Below are positions 1 to 14,218 of a stretch of 64,000 bases of DNA, piece by piece. The notes under the pieces are model-generated. The model saw only the letters and a program-made list of their open reading frames with translations. It searched no databases and had not been told where the DNA came from. This DNA is from Podarcis melisellensis (taxonomy: Eukaryota). Each line of letters opens with the position of its first letter. Within the stretch, counting starts at the first letter, position 1. Location: NCBI GenBank assembly GCA_964234715.1, contig OZ174280.1. One strand, 5' to 3'. The translations under genes were made by a program, and so were the position numbers.

Positions 1-825
1 CGGAGGTGCTTGTGGGATTTTCTGACTCGGGTACTAAATAACTTGGCTGGCCTTGGTTATTACACACTTTGGCTTTCATTCATTCATTGGTTTGTCTATA
101 TGCCACTGTTTGGCTCAAAGGTCCCCCAAGCAGTCAACAGATTAATACAAAAGCAAATATAATACAAAATAGCAAACATTAGGTGCCCCATCATCCACAC
201 TTTGTGCACTAGTGAGCTGCATTCATTCTCTCACCACAAAGGCAGTTCTCCAGCATCTACCTCTCACTTAGAAGTCAGGTTGACTCCATCTTTGACGTAG
301 GAGCAAGCCCATTCACAAACAATTGCCAATGGGAGTTTCCTCGCCCTCATCCTAACCCACTTTCTGGCTCCACCTTCTGGCTCCTCAACAGGCTGCTGTT
401 CTCCACAGGTGCAGAAGCAGATGCTGTAAAGAAGAGTTGGAGAAGCTAAAGTTGGCATTCACCTTCCTATTCTTGTTACCTGCTGTCTCCATTTGTGTGT
501 GAATGGAGGGGACAGGGGCACCATCTGCTTCTGCTCAAAACGGTGAATGCCTTGGGCTGGCCCTGCTTCCTAGCCATTGGCTCCATTAGGAAACACCTGT
601 CAAGACGTTCGGCACATTAGCAAGCAATGTCAAGCAAAAAAGGTTTGACCAGACAGCATCCATAACAGCATGGTATAGAAAAGGAGTGGGAATGTTTTTA
701 AGCCCAAGACCTGCTTTTCTTTCTGAGGAACCTTCCAGAAGCTAAATGCCAGGGGTGGGTAGAGCCAAAGGCAAAGGTGGGCAGAGGAATGAATATGAAT
801 TTTACCTGTGTTCTGTAGGCTAGTT

Positions 826-828
<3 letters not shown>

Positions 829-859
<31 letters not shown>
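829..859. repeat. (AC)n microsatellite
   Basis: Read directly from the sequence. Confidence 0.98.
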
Positions 860-860
<1 letters not shown>

Positions 861-1939
861 CAACACCCTCTCCATCCATTCAGGAAAGCACAAACACTCA
901 AGAAGAATGAAAAGCAAGGTTGGGGAGGGGTTTGTGTCCTGGGAGTACAAAGGGCCGGATAGAGAAGCCCTGCAGGCCTGCGGTTCTTCATCCTGGGTCC
1001 AGGTTAATGATACAGACATTGGGAAGCACAACACACACCAGAATTACCATAGAAGCCAAAAGTAATAGTTGCAAGTACAATAGGAGAAAAAGCAATGTCT
1101 AAACTGAGTAAAAAAGGAGGACATTGAGGATAAAATGCAAGGTCCTACCTTGACCACCAACTTTATAGCACAATTAAAACAACAATCGTTCTATAAGTTC
1201 CAGTGAAGCAAGAAGCATCTGTTGACACCAGCATTAGAGTGACTAAATGAATAAAAAGTCCTAAGCCACTGTAAAGAAGACCTGTGAAAGGAAAGGTAAT
1301 ATAAAGGGCTAGACACAGATGTACTGTATCAAATAAAATCCCAGTGCGTGACCCCTTTAAAAACAAATCAACTCAAGCTTTCAGACCTTCTCTGTGCATT
1401 AAACCACTTGAAGCACAAGTCAAATAGTAGAGATCTCTGCAAGACCACAGTGTTGAATCCGAATTCCCACCCCCAGTAATCCTACTAGTCCAAGGGCAGG
1501 TGGCCATTGGCAGATTTCAAGAGACTTGCTTAACACCTTGCTAAAGAAAGAAACAATGGAAAGTACATCTAGAGAGCAGGCGGTAAATAGCACAAGTGGT
1601 TTCTGTGCTAGCATGGGGGGGGGGGGGACTATCTTCAGTTTTATCCAAATTATACAATGAAAGTTTAAGGTATTTAAAATCAGGGATGTATGAAACCTTC
1701 CCGTTTCTATTGATATATCCAGTGATATTGCATGCCCAGGGTGATTATGTTCATTAGAGTTATATGTCATACCATTGCTGCAAAGGTCATTTGCATTCTG
1801 GTTTAACTACTCTGTAATCAGAACATATTCTTCCCCATCATGCCTCATTCCATGCAATTGGTTTAACTGTCAATACTTTGGACAAGTCATCACTTCTTTT
1901 GCGTATTTGAATCAGCAACAACTGCTTGGAAACTTATTA

Positions 1940-2265
1940 TAGGAACACCCTGTTTTATTGTATTTCACCTACATTGCTGCTTAGGAGGAGGTTGTGGGTG
2001 CAGCTGCAGGCAGCCCAGCTGCTTCCAGGAGAAGGAAGCCCCCTGCTCCTGCCGTCCCTCTTCTTGCCACAGGAGTGGAGCTGGCTAGGCCTGGAGGTGG
2101 GTTTTCCCTTCCCATTCCTGCAGCCAGCGGGTCATGGCTTAATAAGCAACTCTATATTGTCAACATAACTTCTAAATGAACTGGGAAACCATTGTAACTC
2201 ACTTTAGTATAATATTCACTTTATTGTACTGGTCTGGAACTGAACCTGTATATCTATGAGTCTAT
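1940..2265 (+). mobile_element. Old Tigger-like MITE
   Basis: Ends resemble Tigger1 termini after CpG decay (..GTTTTATTG.. and TCACTTTATTGTACTGGTCTGGAACTGAACC..ATATCT). Confidence 0.45.
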
Positions 2266-2460
2266 TTAATCCTCTATTTATTCCTCACACACATCTACAA
2301 CTACAAATATGAAATTTCCACTTTGCGAGGCAATCTCATGGTGGTTATTTTCAGTACCTGTTAACTATAACTAATAAGAAGGTATTTAGGAAATTATCGC
2401 CTGATTATTAAAGTTTGATTGCTAATGATAGTGGACCCCTCTGGTGGAGTTCATAGGAAA

Positions 2461-2464
<4 letters not shown>

Positions 2465-2524
<60 letters not shown>
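2465..2524. repeat. (AG)30 microsatellite
   Basis: Read directly from the sequence. Confidence 0.98.
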
Positions 2525-2528
<4 letters not shown>

Positions 2529-5500
2529 CCGACAGTCACATTGAAAGTCACCTCTTAAATCATTACAATATTAATTGTATACATCGTATTTAACTTTTGG
2601 GACCAAATTCATGACACGCGCAAGATCAAAATCATGACAAGATTCAAGCAAACACTTGTGCTACTAGATTTGCTCATGTTCCTATACATACATACAACTC
2701 ACAAACCTGTATCTTATCCATGTTGTCACAGAAGCAACTCAAACTCTCATTGCCCAAACCATAAGTGCAAACATTTCCTGTTACAAAGCTAAAAAGAAGC
2801 AGATAAAGTGCCTTATATCAGGTAAAGATGGGCAGGGAAAAGGTGCTATGGGGAAAAGCTCAAATGCAAATCACAGGACTTTAGAGCAGCAAGATTATGG
2901 GAATGAGCAAGATAGAGGTAGTAGGAAGACATTAATAATTACCTGTCCCAAGGAAGGGGGAGTAAAGAGTTTTATTGCTTTCAGAGTTTTACTGTGACCT
3001 GCGGGTGCAAGGTCAGGGCTGGGTCTCGGACTCTCGGCAAAAGCTAAGCACAAATTATTTGAGGCTAATCCGCCTGGACATCATTAACAGCAAGCTTGTG
3101 AGCTTTCAGTAAACAAGCAGAAAATATTTTCTAGTCTCAAGTGTTGATGGGGTGGCCCAAGGTAGGCTAGGTTTCATAAATTCCCACTGAGATAAATCCT
3201 CTCCCTACCCTAGGTTCCATGAAAAGGCTTCCTTTCAGGGTAACACTGGCTTGTGCTTCCTGCAAGGGTCTTGACTAATGTAAGAGGAGGAAATGGGCAT
3301 GGCTAAGAAGCAGGGAAGCAGAAAGGAGGCAAGATTTGTGATCCAGGTGAGCTGAAGAAGTAGTCTGACTCCCAATGGCATCCATGGTGTCAGAGAGTTG
3401 GAACAGGATGTTGTGGAAGAGCATCCTGGAGGATTTCAAAAAGCTGAATGAATAGGAGAGAGACATGGGGCAGCTTCAGTGGAGAAAAATTGGTCGTAGT
3501 GGAGAATGAGAAGTGTCCAGTTAGTTGTAAGAAAGAAACTTCTTGATGGGCATGAGCTGTAACACAAAGAGTGATCTCATTAAGGACAGGGCTGGAAGGA
3601 AGGGGCATTGAATGCCAAGGATATAGCTGTCAATAAACATCACAATACAATTTTCCGGCCAGAAAGAGGCAGGGAGGTCATGAGAGAGCTCTGGTTAATC
3701 AAAACTCACAGCCAGGTGACTGAGATGTCCCTCATTGGGAAAGGTGGGGATGTTTCCAAAGGAATATAATCCAATTAGTGGGAGAAGATGCTTGCTGGAG
3801 GATGCCCTATTGTTACATTCCTAGAGTTAATTGATAATTGAATAAGAGTTTAGTGGCAAAAGTTCCAGGAACTAATTAGGCTTGAGCATATGTCTTTCAG
3901 ACCCTTGCACAGTTCAATCTCAAGTACTGTTGTTGTTGGGGACTTTCTTTAGCTTACTGCTAAACTGGGATGTGCTTAAATTTGAACAATAATCACTTTC
4001 CCTGATTCACCACAATGGCACCAGGTGCGCTGCTCAGAGCAAAGCTAAAATGCACACACAGTCTCCGGGCAAGTGCAGAGTTTCAGTTTAACTGAGTTCT
4101 CCAACACTAGATAACAAAAGATAGAAACACCTTCTCTTTCAACAATTGGGAAGCTCAAAATGCAGTGGTTGACAATTAACAACATCTTGATGAATGTCTG
4201 TATTTCTGGTTCTGACCAGCAACCAAACTTTTGGTGGTTCAAAATGCCTGGCTTCCTACTGCCCCCCTTAACTCTGGGGCACAGATTCTGCTTCTCATGA
4301 ATATGAGGTAGTGTAGCAGACTAGCAATTGTGGAGGACATGATGAAGGCTGGACCACTACTGTGGGTGAGGCAGAGGATACCAGATGAAGCCACAGGCTG
4401 TTAAGGGCTGAGCATCCTGATTCATTTGAGTCATTGTGCTTAACAAACACTATGATAATTTCCTAGTGCACTACAGGGAAGAAAGACAGATTGATTGATT
4501 GATAGTTACTTCTCCTTTTCTGGTCTAAGAGTAAGCAGTAGAACATTGTGCCCTTGAAATCTGTAGAAGAGAGTGTTGGTTTCACTGTTGCAGCTGAGTG
4601 ACAGAAGACTGCATATTGGCAATGAAATGTTCCAAGAGGTATGAGCTGAAATCAGCTAAACAATGAAAGGTTCACCAATGCAAGTGAGGCTGCAACCAGC
4701 TCTGTCAGAAATGCATAAACATAATGCTGAGGCAGGCCACATATTGACCTGGAAGATTGATTTCACGGCCTCCTAGAAGGAACATTAACTGTCTATGGCT
4801 GGAGTCTGAAGGTGTACTTCGCTCTGGGCTTTCACTGCTCTTTAGATCTGGAGTCTTTGCATCAAAGGTCATCAAGATCAGCCAGTATATGATCCAAGTT
4901 AGGGGCCTGTCAGAAGAAAATCTCAGAAACAAATCACCCTGTAGCAGCAGCATTAGTTCCAGGTAGTTTAATGGGCCCGAGGTGCTTTGAAACAAGAGCT
5001 GCTCTTTATGTTTTAGGGAGATATGATGGAATGCCACCTAAGAATAAGAGTTTTCTGGAAGCCCTGGTTATAGGCCTATAATTACTTGTCCTATAGATTA
5101 ACAGGTAACATACTAACAGAATATTAGGGATCAGGTTCATTATATTCTTTAAATACAGTGAAACACAGTAGTACATCTTAGGGCTTTTTATGTTAAATCT
5201 GTACATTAGCCCTAGCCCATTTCACACATGCTTGTGGGCTGCATCTGAGATACTTCATACAGGCTAGAGATGCATGCCCTTGTAAATATCATGGACAAAC
5301 ACAAATATCTTGTACAGCACTTCCCCTGCACTTCCCATGGACTCCCCATAGGCCCTGATGGACCCAGTTCCAAATTAAGGGGAAATCAAAGCAAAAGTTC
5401 TCTCACGTGACAAACCCACTGTACTACATCCCAACAAATAAGCATGCCATTCACACACTTCTGTGATGGGAAGTGGTAATACGTTGAACACTTTGCGGTA

Positions 5501-8500
5501 TGAAGCTAGAAACAACACCTGTTAGAAACAAGGATAATTCCAGAAAGAAACAAGTACCAGAATGAGGAGGGAAGAGGATGCACAAATCTGTTTTGCAGGT
5601 TGCGATAAGGAAGAGCAGGGATTTTGCTTACATTCTGACCCCACTTGAGTAGCACCGACACACAGATCCTTAGTTTCTTATAAACATGCCACATAAATCC
5701 ACGTGACTCTTAAGAAACAAACCATGCATCTATATAAAATACAATCCAGATTCCATCAGAGGCTGTTCTGTATTTGTGTCTCCCCCCCCCCAGCAGTTTC
5801 CAAAGTGTAGAAGAATTTGCAAATTGTATCATGCTGTTCCTGTTAATGCAGCTCAGGTTGTTGAGGGTCCTCATCCCCTGTCAGAGCAGAAGTCAAGTAG
5901 ATTTGCTAGGAAACTGTTCTGACTTCTGCAATGTTTTCCCTCCTCCTCTAGCTCATTTTCCATTGACACCTCTAGCCTGGTTTTCTGGTTCCTGGCAGGG
6001 TTAACGGGCAGACCCAGCAGGGGGGAAAGGAATGTCTCTGCCCCCTAACCGATTTCCTTTTATCACTGCTTGCTGTCCAGTTTGCAATGAACAGTTGGCT
6101 CCTGAAAGGGTTACATCGCCAGCTCAACATGCAGGCGATTTATTACAATTCCACGATGAGGCCTAGTTTATACCATACAGTCACAAAAGTGTGACCAGCA
6201 GCTGTAGAAAAGTTCTTGCCACCGTGAAAGAGCACAGGTAATTCATTGAAGTGACACTATTTAGACTCTCGCTGAGCCGAGCAAGATGGTCCAGAGATCT
6301 CAGCAGATCAGGACATCTTGATCTCGTCAGCCCAGCTAAGGCAACCATAAATAAAAACAGCCCTAGGGATTGTTCTCAGTTTTACCAACAGGGACAACTT
6401 TGTTCCCTGCAGTGGGTTGAGGTGGGGGGGGGTGTTTTGTTTTTAACAGGCCAAATGACTAGATCATGTCAAGAAATACAACTGGTCATTAAGTGAGTTG
6501 GTATGAGGAAGCTTCAGCTCACTGCCGATATCTATGAAGTTGTAATTCTTAAACTGCTTCAGAACAGAACATAAAGCATAAAAGTGATTGCATTAAACAG
6601 AAGCTGGGACTTTCAGGAAACAGTTTAAGATGGACAAAGCACTGTGCAGCTCAAGATGGAAACCTGGTGTCTGTTAACTTCATTATTCAGCATGACACAC
6701 ACACCCCTCCTTTAAACCTATTAGATATGATTGCATTTGCCCCCAGGAGCACATAACCATTTACCCTCCTACTCAATGAAGAAATCTAAAATAACTCCGT
6801 TTGAAAATGATGATGGGACCACTTTTTTCAGAAAAGGACATCTATTTGCGTAAATTTAGCACGATACCTTTAAGAGAATATCAGAAAGAAGTTTTGCCAA
6901 TTTTTGATGGAGGGGAAGAGGAAGAAACCTTTATTTTGGCAGAAGGTGTTATGCGACCTTCTGTCTCAACAGGCTCAGATCAACCTCCAAGCCTATAGGA
7001 ATATGTGTCATTATAATTTTATTTTAAACAATTTACATCCCATCTTCTTTCCATACAAGAAGCAGAGGCAGCAAGATTTCACACCATACACTGGAACCAC
7101 AATTGGGGAATGACCCTCCTACTCCACTAGTTACAGCATGCATGGATATCAATTTAGACATCATTTGAGGTGGGGGGGGGGACTGCACCAGCAATGATAA
7201 AGGTCTGTCCCCACAGGGTACGAATGTGTTATGGATGAACCCCAACCCAATTTTCTTCATCAGAATTTTAATATAGATTTAACATGTGCCAGGCACTAGT
7301 GATTGGCTCCATGGGGTTCCAAGAGCAGACTATCTGAAAAGTAGCCTACTGCTTGCTCACATTCCCCTGTTACCTTCTTTGGCTGGAGCTTACCATGCAC
7401 TGCTTTATATCAGTATTTACTCAGCCCTTTTTATGGAACACATACTGTTTTAGATATAAGTGGTGCTATTACAGGCTCACAAAAACAACATGCGCTCAGC
7501 ATTCTTAAAACATTGGCCTGAGCTCTGGTTTTTGGTGGGTTTTAAAAAATATCATTATTGCTACATTTCTACAGCATTCTCTGGTTTTACTCTTTCGAGA
7601 AACAACGCATCTAAACTGCGTGGCTGCTTTTGGTTTCCTGACACTGGGTGGCTGCATTTTGTTTCTATTCATTTTTAATTTACAAGCAGGTGTTTGAAAG
7701 GAGCCATCCCAGTAAGAGGCCCATTGATTTATGTTCTATTCCAGTAAGTTTCCTTTATTAAAAATGGCACCAGCAGGAGTAGCTTCTAAAAATGAAGGAC
7801 TCCTATTGGTTTGACAATATGCTTGCATCGTTCACCTGCTCACATCTCACCCAACCATTTTTTATTTATTTATTCACACCTTATGTATGCATTGTGAGGA
7901 AACAGGGTATGTAAGCAACTCAGCTCTGGTTCATACATTTGCATGAAATAGTGGGGCATAGGGTCCCTCTTTGCAAATAACCTCCCATCTGTGCCAGACC
8001 CTTTGGGGGAATGCCTGGAGGATGCAGAGGCCTGCTTCACTTGATTCTTTCAGGGAAGGTGGTCTGTGAAGTGGACCACCATGAGACTGAGCTCACACAG
8101 GCAAGAGTTTTCTGTGTGGAAGAAGGGAGAGGTTTGTGTCCTTTTTTGCCAGTGCTTCTGCGGTACTGATGCTGACTGCCAAAGGGCTGTTTGACACTTT
8201 GCACAGCCAACATGATTTCAGCATGTCTATCACAATGAACACCATACCAAATGAAAGGGAGACTCATCCCGGTGAATGCGCTGAAAGCACAATGGGTATG
8301 TAACAGTTGAGGTGCGGCCCTAAGCAGAAAAGACTAAACAAGAGGTGGAAGGCGGTTGAAATGAATTTGCGCATTAACCTACAGCAGGGCAGTAGCGGGG
8401 GCGGGGGCTACTTTTCCACTGAAACTGTTATCTAGAAATGAAATGACATGATTTTAATTATGCTGATCTCGTGTTGTACTCTGGCTAATTAACATTGCCC

Positions 8501-9412
8501 CACTGGTAAAAAAGCAACCACAACAGACAGCAGAACCAATCCCAGGTGAATTAGCCTATTTAACTGTAGCAGTTCTTTGTTGGCCTATCAGCTCTGTGAA
8601 AGAATACTGTATAACCTTTCCCTCTACTACAGTGTAAAGACCATAGCCAAGAATAAGCATTCCCTCAATGCCTTTCTTAGGTTACTTTTGCACCCTATTT
8701 TCAAAGCAGTTGGCAAAATATCCTATTTTATTTAACCACTCAACCTTGTTAGACTGAGGGACAAATGTCTTGCCTAAGAATGACTTGGAGGGATCGGTTC
8801 TTCAGTATTCCACGCTCAACTATTTTATGCTCCTACAATGTTGCTTTCCCCTCCTTTTCTTTTTTTGTTCTGCAGTGTTTCAGAAATGCCCCTGCAACAC
8901 GATCATCTATCGACATAGCTCCTGTCACCTAACGATCGTGAGACCCACCACTGGCACCTCAGTTACACTTCCACACAAAATCCTAAACAAGTCCTGCAAT
9001 GTTAGAAGGAGGCCCAAAGAACACCTATGGATGAATAGATGACATCAGTGAACATTTTGGAGTGATTTACAACAGCTTTGGTATCAAACAAATGTGGTGC
9101 CTGGAAACTATCCTAAAGGGACGCCAAGAGAGCTTTTGAGCCGGTTTTAAAACTCTGTTGATTGCTGTTTTGACAATAAATAATCCCAGAAGGGAGTTAC
9201 TGAACAGATTGCAGCACTGGAGGATTTTGAAACAGAGAATACAAAAAAAGGGCGGACCATTTCTCCAAGGACTGACAGACAGTATGTCCATTACATGTGT
9301 GCTGCACTGAGTGATGACGAACATATATTCCCTATAGAAGGATACAAGGAAACATAAAGATTCAATGCCTGTTTACAGCATTAAGATTTAGAGGTTGCCA
9401 TGCCCAGGTTTC

Positions 9413-9570
9413 CGTGTGCTGCGCTGGTGCTGGCTCACCAGAGCAGCTTCGTCACTCTGGCCACGTGACCCGGAAGTGTCTCCGGACAGCGCTGGCCCCC
9501 GGCCTCTTAAGTGAGATGGGCGCACAACCCTAGAGCTGGACATGACTGGCCTGTACGGGCAGGGGTACCT
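9413..9570 (+). mobile_element. 5'-truncated Sauria SINE
   Basis: 3' body (TGGCCACGTGACCCGGAAGTGTCTCCGGACAGCGCTGG...AGGGGTACCT). 13-bp TSD ATGCCCAGGTTTC at 9400-9412 and 9571-9583. Confidence 0.85.
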
Positions 9571-11347
9571 ATGCCCAGGTTTCATCCTAGGACTGTTAAC
9601 CTTTAATGGTGATTTTCCAGTTTAAAATCCCTAGACCAGTCACAGATCCTTGTATTTCTCTGTGAAATCTCCAGTCTGATGGGCGCTCTGTCAGCAACTC
9701 CACACCAGAATGTTGTTGGTTCAGATCCACCTCTGCCCTTGCTCCCCGCTCCCCCAAGGTTGTGACTTAGTGCTGGTGGCTTGTTTCCATATGCTACACC
9801 TGCTCACAAGCCACAGGCAGATGAAAGAGAAGTTAAGACTCCCTGATCTCGTCATGGACTTGTTCAAATGTAAACAAGTCTGAGTGGCAATCAGGTCATC
9901 TGTAAACATGATCCTATTATACCAATCTAAAGAATGTTCCTGGAATGTAAACTAATGCAATATACAACAATATTGTTGGGAATCACGCTTCCCAACTATA
10001 CAAGGTGGAGAGACATTTGGTATGGTATACCCTGTTTCCCTAAAACAGACTCCAATAGGAACCTGGCTGCAATGCAAAAGCTGAGGACAAAAACACCTGC
10101 CTGAGTTGAGTCACCATCCAGTTTTCCCTCAACATGCTGATTGGGAAGCAGCAGCAGTTTTTTCATTTTTTTTATTTTGATGTGACAAGAGCTAGGCTGG
10201 CTTGAGAGTTGATTAACACCATCTGTTGCTGCCTATGCACTTGTCCCTGCACCCTCATATGTACAGGTGGTGGTTCATGATGCACATTTATAAACAAATG
10301 GGTTGTTGTTTTCTTAAAAAATACCCTATAACCCTTGTACCTCCTATGGCAGAAACACACCCCGTAAAGATTGTTCCTGAACTTACCACTATAATGAGAT
10401 GATGACACTGAAAGAAATATTGCATCAGGTTTGCAGAACAACTTTGTAGAATGAAGCTATCTTTTAAGAATGCCCTTCTTCGATACAACAAAAAGCCAAA
10501 TGTAAACCAAGCTTTGCCTCCTATAACAACAACAAAGTAAATGTCCAGATCAACTGATCCCTAACTTGACTCACAAACTTCAGCTACAATCAATGGCAGT
10601 GTGAAACGTTCCATAAATATTGTGAGAATGCGAAAACACCTGCAACAGCAAGCAATTAACTCCTTCCTTTTATTAAAGCCTCGTTTAAATCCAGCTACAT
10701 ACTTCCACAGTGACTGCTAACCTTGAATTCACATTGGCAAGTGTGTCCGCAACTGGCTTTCTGTGTGGATCACTTTTGAGAACGTTTAAGACAAATGCCT
10801 GCCTGTTCTTCAGTCACCTCTTTCCTAACCAATAAACCGTGAAGCTACTGAAATCATTGGCAAAATTACTCTTGATGTTAACGGGGGATGGTTTGGCATA
10901 GCACACTGCAGTAAGGGGATGAATTGAGGCTGATGCACATACTAGGCTGATCCTGGCATGGTCTGACAGGCTAGTGCTCCAGTTTACGCCTGATGAGGAT
11001 ATAACCCAAAGAGAAGAATGGAGCAGAGACAAATGTCTTTCATCTATTTACAGCAGCATCTGTAACCCTAAATATGATTATTTGCTGTCTTCTGTATGTA
11101 AGAAAAGGATGAATCTCAACCTATTATAGCTACAATGTGGATAATTTCTTTCCCCCAGCTATTACAGAAATGCTTGAATCACCATGATGATAACTACCGG
11201 CCACCATCGCTGCCTGCCAAGTGAAACTGAAGCTATAAAGATTTTAAAAGCAGGGGCAGTGGCTTGACTTTATTTCACAGCAACAAAGAAAACATCCAAA
11301 TATTTCTCCTGTAAGGACATTTGGAGGAAGGAGGAAAATCTCATTTG

Positions 11348-11364
11348 TGCCACAAGAGGGCACT
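11348..11364 (+). promoter_or_regulatory. Candidate CTCF motif
   Basis: TGCCACAAGAGGGCACT closely matches the CTCF core. Motif match only. Confidence 0.35.
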
Positions 11365-12629
11365 TTAACTACAGACAAATGCAATCTATGCTGTTTAGGA
11401 ATCACCCAGGAAAGAAGGTGATGGAGGAAGAGGAAAACTGCTTAGTTATCTCCTAGGTTATAGGATGATGGCATTTGACTGCAGAGATACAGAAAGATGC
11501 ACCAAGCCAGTAGTTTGCAACAGAATTCCCTATTTGCCTGTTGTTGTTGTTGTTGTTTTTCTTTTTCTTTTTTTAAGTCATATGGGCTAACCCATATATA
11601 CTGCAAAAGGGGCAAATTGTAAGGAAAAACAAAGATTGTATTGACCAGATGCAGGACACATGGCATTGCTTTTAACATGAAAAGCCACAAGAACGTCAAA
11701 GCCCATGGGTCCAAATCAGTCTCCTAGGTCGGACATGCATGACCCACCAACCCAAGTGCAGATCGCCAGCCATGCAGGACAGGACTGCTCATAGGGGTTT
11801 GAGAAACCTATTGGGATCCTTTCTTTTGCCCTTTGCCTGGAACTGCCAAACAGAATGCAGAGATTGCTATGCATATATATGGGAGGCGACAATACAGGGA
11901 TGGGAAGCTAAATCTGGCTTGGTGGTCACAAGTTGGGCTGGCCTGTCACTATAGGTGCTCCTTAACTCTCCATACTATTTCTGATGCCCTTTCTAGGTAT
12001 CTTTCTCTTTACTTGCACTCTGTGTGGAGAGGGAACCCTTTAGGGCGCCTTTGCAGATATATCCACAAACTTTACTAGCAGAACACATTTTTATATGGTG
12101 AAATCATGCCCATTTGAGGCTTGAAAGCCAACCCCTCCCAAATAAACTCCCCATTTGCAGCCCCTTGCCTGCACAGCTACCTGATTTCACAGAGCTCCAT
12201 GTGAACATGAGTCTTTCTGTGTGCACTGGAGCTGCTGAAATCTTGTGACTGGTATCTGGCTCACACACGACGGCGATTACGGTTTTGGAATAACTCAGAA
12301 GGCTGTTTTAAGTTTGTCTGGTGTAAGTGTTTAAAGTTAGCAGGCACATAAATAAGCCAGGCACGGACAAACTGGGGATGAAGGTGTGTTTCTCAGACAG
12401 AGCTGGCAGCTGCCTTCGTTTATCGGCAGGCCATTTATCATCTCAAGAAAAATATTGACGGTTCACAAGATTCACACTTGCCCTGGCCCTGGGCTGAAGA
12501 AATGCTGTCTTCCAGGAAGGCTTTGTATTAAGCAAGGAGAGGAAAGCAGGAAGACTTCTTATGTGAAAAGCTGGCTACAAAAGCATAACACTGGTGCCAG
12601 CCACTGGGAATACATTTCTAGTAGATTCC

Positions 12630-13718
12630 ATTCTACTATCCCAACAAAAGTAGGCCTAAAAAGACTGATGAGGGAATTTTCAGGATATTGCCAGAGAGAA
12701 CAGCTGGCCATGAATTACAAGAAAACCCAAGTCATGGTTTTCTCAAGAAACTATAGAGCCCATAGATGGAGCATGGACAACCAGCTCATTGAACAGGTCA
12801 AAGTTTTTAAATATCTCAGCCTTATTTTCCAGTCTACGGGGTCATGGGGAAGCACACCAGAAATGTACAAAAGAAAAAGCGTCCCAAAGTGCCAAAATTC
12901 TGACACGTTTTTTCTACACAAAAGGTGGTAAACATATACCATCAGCCCTGGAAGTGTTCCAAGCTAAACCCCTAGCACAGTTATTATATGGGGCTCAGAT
13001 TTGGACAGGCACTCAGCTTGGATCTACGGAAGCTGTCCAATCAAAGTTCTTAAGGCAATTTTTCTCTGTACCACCTCATTGCGCCTAGAGGCTAATCTTC
13101 CCTTGGTACAATTACAGATATGGTATAGGACACTTAACTATTGGCTTTGCCTAAACTGAAATCCCCCTGGTCTAATATCCCTAGTGCTGCAAGATTGTCA
13201 CAAGAGCGCCTGGACTAAAATTGTCTATCAAAAACTTCACTCTTGTGGTTTATCACCACAACAGCTACTCACACTGGATTTTAGTAAAGCAAACTGTCTA
13301 ATTAGTCAGCACCTAAATGATATTAAGCGAGAGAACAACTTGGCCATAATAAGGAAACTTTGTCCATGGTATGACTATTTTCCACCTACCCATTTCAACT
13401 TGGTGGCGCATGCCCTTCTGGCTTGCACTCTTTATAAAGACTTGAGAAATGAGGTTATCACCCCTCTTTTATTGTCCATTCCGGGTCACTGTCACAGTGT
13501 CCTTTCTTTTGGCAGATCAAGCTGAGCAGGTGACAACAAAGATTGCAGGGTTTTTAGCCGGGGCAATTAGAATAAGATCCACTATTTGACTATTGATTCA
13601 AAACCCAAAAATGTATTTTATTTAATTGACTTTTTATCTTTATTCTTTGTATATTGTATTGTTGTTTTATTGCTATGGCTGGTGGCTGATGCAAATAAAG
13701 ATTCATTCATTCATTCAT
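12630..13718 (+). mobile_element. Degenerate non-LTR retrotransposon 3' part, probably RTE-X
   Basis: Frameshifted RT C-terminal motifs (NYKKTQVMVF, IEQVKVFKYL, QLLYGAQIW, EAVQSKFLR) across ORFs 12386-13525. Ends in AATAAA plus an (ATTC)n tail. The 5' boundary is approximate. Confidence 0.75.
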
Positions 13719-13776
13719 CTCTAGTAGCTGCATATGCAGAAGTTGCTTCGGACAATAGCTGAACCATTATGTCTTT

Positions 13777-14218
13777 TATAATGGGCTATGGGGTTGCTTG
13801 TGCGTAAAGCGCAAACTGCTCCGAGCTGAGTAGTTTGGACAAAACTTTGACCCCAGGCTGGACAGTCAGTACACCGTGACTGTCTCAATCACTGGAAGAA
13901 TCCGTCAGTGGGTGTTTCCTGAATTTCTTCCAACATAAGAGTTCTTTCACACCCAATCGTCATCTCCCTTCTCTGCGCGAAAGCTGTCTGCGCAGAGTGG
14001 GCATCCCCAGAGGAGGTCCTGTGCTCTCCCCGCTGGTTTCACTGGCAGAGTCCTGGAGCCTTCTCTCCACAGCTCCCTCGAACTCCCCTTTCTCCCTGGT
14101 GTCACCTCTATCTCCTTCCCCAGCGGAACCGTCCTCTCTCCCTCTGCTGGTTCCCTCTCCAGCCTCATCATTTGGGAGCCTCAGCGCCACCCTTGGCTCC
14201 GATGGCAGTTCCCTGACA
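13777..14218 (-). mobile_element. Solo LTR (442 bp, probably Gypsy- or BEL-type)
   Basis: Minus-strand ends are TGTCA...ATTATA (terminal CA apparently mutated). Flanked by a 5-bp TSD TCTTT at 13772-13776 and 14219-14223. GC/CpG-rich relative to the flanks. Confidence 0.7.

Noticed and set aside
630-1102. ORFs with CVCVCV or THTHTH runs (also 14977, 17151, 19019, 52637, 57978)
   Set aside because: Low-complexity translations of microsatellites.
3270-3720. Purine-rich stretches here and at about 27000-27350, 28680-29280, 32380-32700 and 58860-59800
   Set aside because: They look like very old LINE fragments, but I cannot fix family or boundaries by eye, so they are not listed as features.
6205-6222. 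Minus-strand VARTFL, matching the expected next AGBL4 exon (MKLGRNVARTFLDYY)
   Set aside because: Flanks read NYLCSFT and QLLVTLL-stop rather than MKLGRN and DYYRLN, and there is no acceptor or U12 branch point. Coincidence.
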